The notes under the pieces are model-generated. The model saw nothing but the letters and a program-made list of their open reading frames with translations. It was not told the DNA's origin and searched no databases. DNA of 64,000 nt from Reclinomonas americana ATCC 50394 (taxonomy: Eukaryota), in the NCBI GenBank assembly GCA_048213135.1, contig PS015009.1:1860001-1924000 (forward strand). The letters run 5' to 3'. Both the position numbers and the translations under genes were made by a program. How positions within the stretch are numbered: the first letter of the stretch is position 1; the number at the start of each line of letters is the position of its first letter. Of the stretch, positions 56,923 through 64,000 are shown piece after piece.

Positions 56923-58371
56923 TTATAATTTAAGGCCCTGGCCTTTATAAAATTCCAGCACCTTCATTTTGAATACATAGTCGAACTGGTTCAGTATATT
57001 CTGCAGGCGCTGTGTAAACAGGTTGTTCTGGTTGGTGATCAGTTCCAGCGTGCTCAGCATACCCACATCATATCTTTTCTGCGCATAGAAAAAACTGCGC
57101 TCCGCTGTTTCCAGTGCTTTTTTACCGGCATTGAACTTTTCCAGTGCTACCAGGGCGCTGTTATAGGCGCTGTAAATATCCTGCTTGGTTTTCTGGTTAT
57201 CGATGTCGCGTTGCAGTTCCAGTATTTTAATATTCACTTTCGACCTTTCATACCCGGCGCGGGCCTGCCACCCGTTGAAGATGGGAACACTGAGGCTGAG
57301 GCCGATGGATTGCCGGAAGTTATCAGAAAACTGGGTGCCGAACGCATCCGATTTAGTATAACCCAGCCTGGCGCCCTGCGACAATTCAGGAGAATACACA
57401 TCATACGTCACACCGTTCACGATCGTTACCAGCCCGGTGGGTTTGTTATTGCCCGTTGGTACCTGCTGGTAATAAGGCGTCCGCGAAGCGATGTAACCGG
57501 TACTCAGGCTGCCGAACCCACTTAAGGTAGGATAGAGCGCACTTTTAGCGGCGGCGCTGCTTTTGAAAGCCGCCTTCAGTTTGTAGTCGTTGTATTTTTG
57601 TTGCGGCAGGTTGGCAATAGCCGAAGCATATACCAGGGCGGGATCAAGATCAGCGATCTTCTCTACAAATATCTTGTCTGCCGGCGGCGTATCTATTTCG
57701 AAAGGGGCAGCCGCATCTATACTCATATACGCCTTCAGCGAAAGGAGGGAAGAAGTTACATTGCCCCTGGCTGTGATCACATTCGAACTGTCCAGTGCCA
57801 CCTGCGTTTCCAGTTCCACGGCATTCAGCTCAGGAAGGGAACCGGCGTCCACCAGTTTGCGGGTATTGTTATACTGGGCACGGCTTTGCTGTAATTGTAC
57901 TTCAGTAATTTTTACCTGCTCAATCGCCAGCAGGGTCTGCAGGTAAAGGTTGGCAACGGTAAGGGCGATATCGTTCTTGAGTTTATCCGTATTGGCTTTA
58001 GCAGCCAGTACTTCCCATTCATTGGCCGCGATCGTATTTCTTTTACTGAAGAAATTGAAGATGTCGCCGCTGGTCTGCAACTGCATATTATCCGAAATAT
58101 AACTCTGCGTGGTGAGACTGAAAGAAGTGGGATTCTGGTTACGTCCCGAGTTGAAACTGGCGCTGTTACTGAAGTTAAGGCTGGGATATTGCGACAGCCT
58201 GCTTTGCTTGAGGGTGATGCCGCTCAACTTCTCCTGCAACGCGGTTTGTTTTACGGTCAGGTTGTTTTCCATGGCATGCTGTATACACCTGAGCAGGTCC
58301 CATTTTTCCTGTGCCCGGGCTGGTAAGGTCATACCCGAAATGACCAGGAGAAGAAGTACAATATTGCGCAT
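56923..58371 (-). CDS. TolC family outer-membrane efflux protein
   Basis: Signal peptide, CIQHAMENN, YPSL/YPTL repeats, LSVPIFNG, RYDVG. Confidence 0.93.
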   Translation of the reverse strand: MRNIVLLLLVISGMTLPARAQEKWDLLRCIQHAMENNLTVKQTALQEKLSGITLKQSRLSQYPSLNFSNSASFNSGRNQNPTSFSLTTQSYISDNMQLQTSGDIFNFFSKRNTIAANEWEVLAAKANTDKLKNDIALTVANLYLQTLLAIEQVKITEVQLQQSRAQYNNTRKLVDAGSLPELNAVELETQVALDSSNVITARGNVTSSLLSLKAYMSIDAAAPFEIDTPPADKIFVEKIADLDPALVYASAIANLPQQKYNDYKLKAAFKSSAAAKSALYPTLSGFGSLSTGYIASRTPYYQQVPTGNNKPTGLVTIVNGVTYDVYSPELSQGARLGYTKSDAFGTQFSDNFRQSIGLSLSVPIFNGWQARAGYERSKVNIKILELQRDIDNQKTKQDIYSAYNSALVALEKFNAGKKALETAERSFFYAQKRYDVGMLSTLELITNQNNLFTQRLQNILNQFDYVFKMKVLEFYKGQGLKL

Positions 58372-58645
58372 ATCTACAAAAATATAATTTCCTTTTGTAA
58401 AACGCCGGGCATTTATATAAATGGAACGGTCTGCCCGGGGAGTTCATTTTACCGGGGTATCCGAAAGTATTCGTGGACTTTTCCGGCCCCGGTTGACTAT
58501 AAAAGCTGTTTACAGGGGTATTTTTCAAATAATTTGTCTTTTAAGGCATCCTTTCTCTTCTGGGAACTGTCTTAGTTGATATCATTCGTCCTTATCCTGG
58601 CCTGCCTCACCACGCTCATTATTGTTGACCAAGAAATGCAGGAGT

Positions 58646-59551
58646 ATGTTAATAGAGCAGGATCATTTTCAGTTTATAACGGAAGGGATAAGGCCGGTAG
58701 CCGATGGCGCAGACCGGGTATATTATACAGAAGCACGGGATCATTATGATGAACGGGCTTTCCGCAATTTCAGTATTAAAATACCGCAGCACGGGACTGT
58801 GCTGTTCGAGACCGGCAGTAATAATTTTGAACTGGAGCCGGGGTGCTACCTGCTGGCACGGGCTCAACAGGGAAAGATGGTAATTGAATCGGCACAACCG
58901 GCACGCTGTATTTGTATCGATATCAGCAAAGCTACCATCAGGCAGGCCATTACTACGCTGGAAGCATCGGGCAATTTGCCGGTAGATTTGTTCAGTGCGG
59001 ATTATTTTTTTTCTCCCGATTTTTTTGAGAGCACCTATCCTTTGCGGGGCAATGACCTGGGTACGGCGCTGAATAACCTAGGAGGCAACCTGCTGCATAA
59101 TAAGGTAAGTATATCCATAACTACATTTCAAAACCTTGCGCGGGAACTGGTATTGCATGAGTATCATAACCTGCTTTGCCTGGGCAGGCTCAAGGCCCGC
59201 AGGGCGGGAACCAGGAAAGGCCTGCTTTCCCGTTTGTGGAAGGCCCGTTCTTTTATGGATGAACATTACCTGCGTAATCCACCGATACCCGAAGTGGCGG
59301 CACATTGCAATATGTCCGGGTTTTACTTTTTCAGGAGTTTCAAACAGGCATTTGAAGTAACGCCCTACGAATACATAACGGCCAAACGCCTGGCGCACGC
59401 CCAAAAATTGCTGTTTAATGATATTTCCCTTACTGCGATAGCCGTCACCTGCGGTTTCCCGGATGTATTTACTTTCAGTAAAGCGTTTAAGAAATGTAAC
59501 GGGCTCTCTCCTTCCAAATTCAGGCTGGCATATAATAGTAAGGCCGTATAA
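58646..59551 (+). CDS. AraC family transcriptional regulator
   Basis: C-terminal VAAHCNMS..FFRSFKQAF..TPYEY, IAVTCGF.D..FSKAFKK..G.SPSKFR. Confidence 0.9.
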   Translation: MLIEQDHFQFITEGIRPVADGADRVYYTEARDHYDERAFRNFSIKIPQHGTVLFETGSNNFELEPGCYLLARAQQGKMVIESAQPARCICIDISKATIRQAITTLEASGNLPVDLFSADYFFSPDFFESTYPLRGNDLGTALNNLGGNLLHNKVSISITTFQNLARELVLHEYHNLLCLGRLKARRAGTRKGLLSRLWKARSFMDEHYLRNPPIPEVAAHCNMSGFYFFRSFKQAFEVTPYEYITAKRLAHAQKLLFNDISLTAIAVTCGFPDVFTFSKAFKKCNGLSPSKFRLAYNSKAV

Positions 59552-59774
59552 TAAAAAGGGCAGGTAGTTGAAACCACCCACCGATTATGTAAACTTTAAT
59601 CGTTCACATGAGAAGAATATAAATTTCTTTTGGCTGGTTCAGTTTCTCAAATGGAAAGCGAAACTAGCGCCCCCTGCCATTATGAACAACTGTTTTATTT
59701 CTTATTGATGTTAAACGAGTTTGTGGTAACAGATAAATGGAGTGGCTGCTTTTTTTAGCACTTTTAGACAAACG

Positions 59775-60542
59775 TTAATGTTCTTCGATCCATTCGCGGA
59801 GCCTGTAAAAGTTCCGCTGACCGATTTCGAGTTCCAGGTTACTGGCGATATCGAGTACGATGATAAACCTGCCCTTTCCCGACTGTGTAATTCGTTTAAT
59901 GAATTTTTTATTGATAATGAACTGGCGGCTGGCGCGGAAAAACGAAAAGGGGCTCAGGTGACTTTCCAGTTCTATAAGCGTGGTTTGTATGGTGAATTTG
60001 GTGCCGTCCCTGTCGTAACCGAAAGTGAGTTTGTTGTCGCTGTAAAACGCGGCGATACTGTCGGTATTCACAGGCTGGTAATCTTTTCCTTTTTTGATCA
60101 GGAATGTTCTTGAGGTGCTGTTGCTGTTTTTGCCATTGATCTTTCCCGCCCGTTCTTTTTTTACAAATTTTCTTACGGTTTCTATTCTCTTCAGTTTTTT
60201 ATCGAGCTGTCCGGCAGTGATCGGCAATAAAATGTATTCAAAAACCAGGTTCCTGGCCGTGTTTGCATACGGCGCAATCGTTTCGGAGAATACGAAAAGC
60301 GGTGCCGGGAAGGATTTTCCGGTGCTTTCCATTGCTTCAAAAGCGGCCTGGTCGGTGGCCAGGAAATCCATTTCATCAGGGTGAGGTTCTGCATTAAGCA
60401 GGTCATATACAGAGGTATAGGTCTTAAGCAGGAGTACGGAAGTAGGCGTATCGCGGAAACAATTTTTGATGATCTCCGCGGAGCTGGCATTACCACAGGC
60501 TATACAAAACCTGAGGGCATTCGATAAGGTTGGGGTTGACAT
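59775..60542 (-). CDS. LytTR DNA-binding domain regulator with degenerate receiver domain
   Basis: FLIKKG, LIELESHLSP..FFRASRQFIIN; YILLPI remnant; start uncertain. Confidence 0.82.
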   Translation of the reverse strand: MSTPTLSNALRFCIACGNASSAEIIKNCFRDTPTSVLLLKTYTSVYDLLNAEPHPDEMDFLATDQAAFEAMESTGKSFPAPLFVFSETIAPYANTARNLVFEYILLPITAGQLDKKLKRIETVRKFVKKERAGKINGKNSNSTSRTFLIKKGKDYQPVNTDSIAAFYSDNKLTFGYDRDGTKFTIQTTLIELESHLSPFSFFRASRQFIINKKFIKRITQSGKGRFIIVLDIASNLELEIGQRNFYRLREWIEEH

Positions 60543-60847
60543 ACAAACATAATTATGGGTTAAGCGGGTACATAGTTTATATAGAGTGGTGAAACAAAAG
60601 AAAAGTTGCAATGGTGATTAAATTGTTTTCCTGCTCGGCCTTCCTGTGCGCCGGATTGCGTTGCGGAAACGGTTTTTATGCATGTCAAATTATGCTTCTT
60701 TTTTTCTTCATTCTGAAATTTTCGACACTCACATCTGCATAGTATTCTCTCGCTCTTTTCGCTGCTTTTTCAGTGCATCATATTCGTTAATTAACATGCC
60801 CTTAGTAATTAAGGATCGAAAATCCATTAACTAAACTTTTATCATTT

Positions 60848-63800
60848 ATGAAGAAAATTGAACTCTTACTGTTGTTCTTCTTTGCCGGGATAACCTGTGT
60901 TTTTTCCCAGGTAAGAAGTATTTCAGGGAAGATAACAGACAAGGATGGCAATCCTGTTTCGTTTGCGAGTGTAACCCTCCTGGATACAAAAACAGGAATT
61001 TCTGCGGATGTGAACGGTACATTTACACTGAAAGTAAAAAGCGGGGATGTACTTCATTTTACAGCCTCCGGTTTTTCAACGCTTGATGTAACGATCAGCA
61101 GCCAGAACAGCCTCTCGGTTATGATGGAAAAATCTTCCGGGAATAGTCTCCGGGAAGTAGTAGTCTCCGGTGCCTACGGGATCAGGCGGACAGCCAAAAG
61201 TACGACCGCGAATATTCAGTCCATCACCGGGGAACAACTGAATACGGCTCGGCAGTCCGACATTAATAATGCTATCGCCGGTAAAGTGGCAGGCATACAG
61301 GTACGCAGCCAGTCTGCCGTGGCCCTCGGCCGGGAAACGATCGTGCGTTCACGCGGTGAGAACGGCCTGGGTGTTGGTGGCGGAGCTCTCTATGTAGTAG
61401 ACGGAACCATACTGCCCAGTGGCGGAGATGTGAACGCGGATGATGTTGAAGACATCTCTGTACTGCAGGGCCCCGCAGGTTCTGCCCTCTTCGGTCCTGA
61501 TGGTGCCAACGGCGTTATTGTCGTTACCACAAAAAAAGGAAAGCGTAATGCGCTGGGTAATGGCATTGAAGTGAACACTGCTATTGTATACGATAAAGTA
61601 TATATACTGCCTGATTACCAGAATACCTATGCCGGAGGATCCGGGCCCGACCTGATACAATATAACTACCGGGCAGGTGATCCGGAAGGATGGAAAGCCC
61701 TGGATGGTAAATGGTATCACAATTATGACGATGATGCCAGCTGGGGACCCCGTATGATGGGACAGGAATACATTCCATGGTATGCCTGGTCAGGAGGCCA
61801 TGAGCGCTCTTTCAAAACAGCGCTGCTCACCCCTCAGCCTAATAATGCCAGGGATTTCTTTAATACCGGTGTTACCAAAACAACGAATGTCAACTTCAGC
61901 CGGGCAAATGAGTTCAGCAATTTCAGGCTCTCTTACACCAACCTCGATATCAAGGGACTGATGCCGAACTCTTATATGAAAAGGCATACATTCAATATGA
62001 GCTTCTCGTATGACATTACACCTAAGCTTACGGTATCATCCGATATCAATTTCATTACACAGAACAGGAATTCGGAATCGAATGACGGATACAGCAATGG
62101 CAGTTCAGGATCGTTCAACCAGTGGTTTCACCGAGACCTGGATATCGATATCCTGAGAGAACTGCGGGGACTTAAAACACCCGGCGGCGTATATTATTCC
62201 TCCTGGAATATCTCCAATCCTACAAGTTATAGTGCTGCCAATCCCGACGCTTTTTATAAAGGCAATTATTGGTTCAATCCGTATACCCAACTTGATCTGC
62301 AGAAAAACTATGACCAGCGCAACCGCCTGTTCGGCAACCTGGCGCTTAGTTACAAGCTGACCAATGCCCTGAAGGTGAAAGCCACTTACCGCCGCCAGCA
62401 ACTCACTACGAACGGGTATAACATTTACCCGACAGAAATGCAGCTGAGCACTATACAGTCTGGCTTTAATCCTTATGCGGAAACAACGGCTGAAGGTATC
62501 CTGGCCGCTTACAAAACTGGCCAGTCGAGCAACATAAGGCAGAATTTTGAAGGACTGCTTACTTACGATAAAAAGTTCAGGAATTTTTCTGTGATGCTTA
62601 ACGCAGGCTTTGACATCCTGAAATCCAATGAACGCAGTTTCAATGCCAACACCAGTGGTGGTCTTACCATACCCAATGTTTATTCGCTCGCCAATTCGGT
62701 GAACCCGATCCGTAATGCCGGCGGGCCGGATAATAACGGGCAGTTTGAAGTGATCACCGAGTTTACCAGGAGGGCCTTACTGGCTAACCTTACCCTGGGT
62801 TATCGCAACCTGCTCTTTGTGGAAGGCACCTACCGCAGGGACCATAGTTCAACCGAACCCAAAGGCAGTTATATCGAAACCAAATCGGTTGGCGCCTCAC
62901 TCATTATCTCTGATCTTTTACCGGGAAATAATGTACTCAGTTACGCGAAACTGAGGGGCTCATACGGGCAGGTACTGAATACGCTGAACCCCTACAACCT
63001 GAATAATTATTATACCATTTCCAATAATGTAAACGGTAATGCCATACTGGGCGAGCCCAATACACTGATCAATCCTGCGCTGCACGGTGCATCCAATTCT
63101 GAAAAGGAGCTGGGACTGGAACTCCGTTTCTGGAAAAACCGTTTCGGTATTTCCGGAACCTATTGGGACAGGACCAATAAAGATTTCCCTGTAAGCATTA
63201 CGCTTTCCGGTGCCTCGGGTTATACAGCTTACCGGACCAACGCCGGAGAGGTTGCCAAAAAGGGTGTGGATGTACAGGCATTCCTGGAAGTGATCAGGTC
63301 TAAGAACTTTAACTGGAGACTTACCGGCACATGGGGAACCCTTATTGAAAACAAAGTGGTGTCACTGGATAAAGAAGGACAGATCAAATCACTGATATCT
63401 TCAGGGGGCGCTTTCAGCCCGGCACAGGGCAGCAGCACAAGAGCGGCGTGGGTAACCAGCCAGGTTGGCGAAACCTGGGGCATGCTTACCGGTACCGGTA
63501 TTAAACGTATCAATGGTGTTCCGGTTATTGATGACAACGGGCTGTATGTAGCCGAGAATAATGTTAAATACGGCAGTGTATTGCCTAACTACACAGGTGG
63601 TGTACAAAGCTCGATCAACTTCCTGAAGAACTTCACCTTCAATGTGAACGTGGATTATTCCGTTGGCGGTAAATACTTCTCCCTTTCTGATTACTGGGGC
63701 AGTTTCTCGGGTCTGACTGCAAAAACAGCCGTCTTGAACGACAAGGGTAACTCCATCAGGGACGCGATTGAAGACGGCGGAGGTGTGCACGTTTTTGGTG

Positions 63801-64000
63801 TGGACGGAACAGGTAAGGCGATCGATAAATACGTTGATGCCCAGACCTATTTTCACCAGTTCAACGGCTCCAATATCAGCGAAGCCAGCGTATACGATCT
63901 CACATTCGTAAAAATGAGGGAAGTGAGCCTGGGTTACAAGCTGCCTATGGATAAACTCGGTATCGGGAGATATATCAAAGGGGCCACCTTCTCAGTTATA
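60848..64000 (+). CDS. SusC/RagA TonB-linked outer-membrane protein (runs off the window end)
   Basis: Absent from the ORF track (no stop in window); MKKIELLLLFFFAG signal, ISGKITDKDG, plug DDVEDISVLQGPAGSALFGPDGANGVIVVTTKKG, barrel strands. Confidence 0.93.
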   Translation, partial: MKKIELLLLFFFAGITCVFSQVRSISGKITDKDGNPVSFASVTLLDTKTGISADVNGTFTLKVKSGDVLHFTASGFSTLDVTISSQNSLSVMMEKSSGNSLREVVVSGAYGIRRTAKSTTANIQSITGEQLNTARQSDINNAIAGKVAGIQVRSQSAVALGRETIVRSRGENGLGVGGGALYVVDGTILPSGGDVNADDVEDISVLQGPAGSALFGPDGANGVIVVTTKKGKRNALGNGIEVNTAIVYDKVYILPDYQNTYAGGSGPDLIQYNYRAGDPEGWKALDGKWYHNYDDDASWGPRMMGQEYIPWYAWSGGHERSFKTALLTPQPNNARDFFNTGVTKTTNVNFSRANEFSNFRLSYTNLDIKGLMPNSYMKRHTFNMSFSYDITPKLTVSSDINFITQNRNSESNDGYSNGSSGSFNQWFHRDLDIDILRELRGLKTPGGVYYSSWNISNPTSYSAANPDAFYKGNYWFNPYTQLDLQKNYDQRNRLFGNLALSYKLTNALKVKATYRRQQLTTNGYNIYPTEMQLSTIQSGFNPYAETTAEGILAAYKTGQSSNIRQNFEGLLTYDKKFRNFSVMLNAGFDILKSNERSFNANTSGGLTIPNVYSLANSVNPIRNAGGPDNNGQFEVITEFTRRALLANLTLGYRNLLFVEGTYRRDHSSTEPKGSYIETKSVGASLIISDLLPGNNVLSYAKLRGSYGQVLNTLNPYNLNNYYTISNNVNGNAILGEPNTLINPALHGASNSEKELGLELRFWKNRFGISGTYWDRTNKDFPVSITLSGASGYTAYRTNAGEVAKKGVDVQAFLEVIRSKNFNWRLTGTWGTLIENKVVSLDKEGQIKSLISSGGAFSPAQGSSTRAAWVTSQVGETWGMLTGTGIKRINGVPVIDDNGLYVAENNVKYGSVLPNYTGGVQSSINFLKNFTFNVNVDYSVGGKYFSLSDYWGSFSGLTAKTAVLNDKGNSIRDAIEDGGGVHVFGVDGTGKAIDKYVDAQTYFHQFNGSNISEASVYDLTFVKMREVSLGYKLPMDKLGIGRYIKGATFSVI

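Overview
Bacteroidota DNA, probably Chitinophagaceae-like (TAnnTTTG-type promoters, a SusC gene, Bacteroidota gene order). From left to right: (1) a potassium-uptake locus with kdpFABC, a porin, kup and a split KdpD sensor; (2) two surface-polysaccharide genes; (3) a CarH/LitR- and ECF-sigma-led carotenoid cluster (crtI, crtB, idi, cruF, crtZ, crtYcd, and crtD further on), interrupted by an acyl-AMP ligase, a Crp/Fnr regulator and gnd-zwf-pgl; (4) an ABC exporter, carrier protein, stand-alone condensation-like enzyme and FAD oxidoreductase; (5) a pirin/FMN-reductase/OsmC redox cluster; (6) an SOS locus (umuDC, 2H phosphoesterase, radical SAM); (7) an RNA-repair island at about 39.6-48.9 kb; (8) a VIT/vWA/TonB-plug/TPR protein, peptidoglycan-recycling genes, TolC efflux, regulators and a truncated SusC. 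The island is the most interesting part. It opens with three tandem short-ORF/terminator modules, two with attenuator architecture. These precede a cluster of intact and degenerate tRNAs (His-GUG, Ile-UAU, Met/Ile2-CAU, Lys-UUU) and an AAA ATPase. A WYL regulator is divergent from Ro60/TROVE. Ro60 is followed by a boxA-led array of six Y-RNA-like units that share one scaffold but carry tRNA bodies opened at three different positions, then two RlaP-type nucleotidyltransferases and RtcB. Four genes are broken at homopolymer runs, most likely sequencing errors. All structures were read by eye; no searches or folding programs were run.
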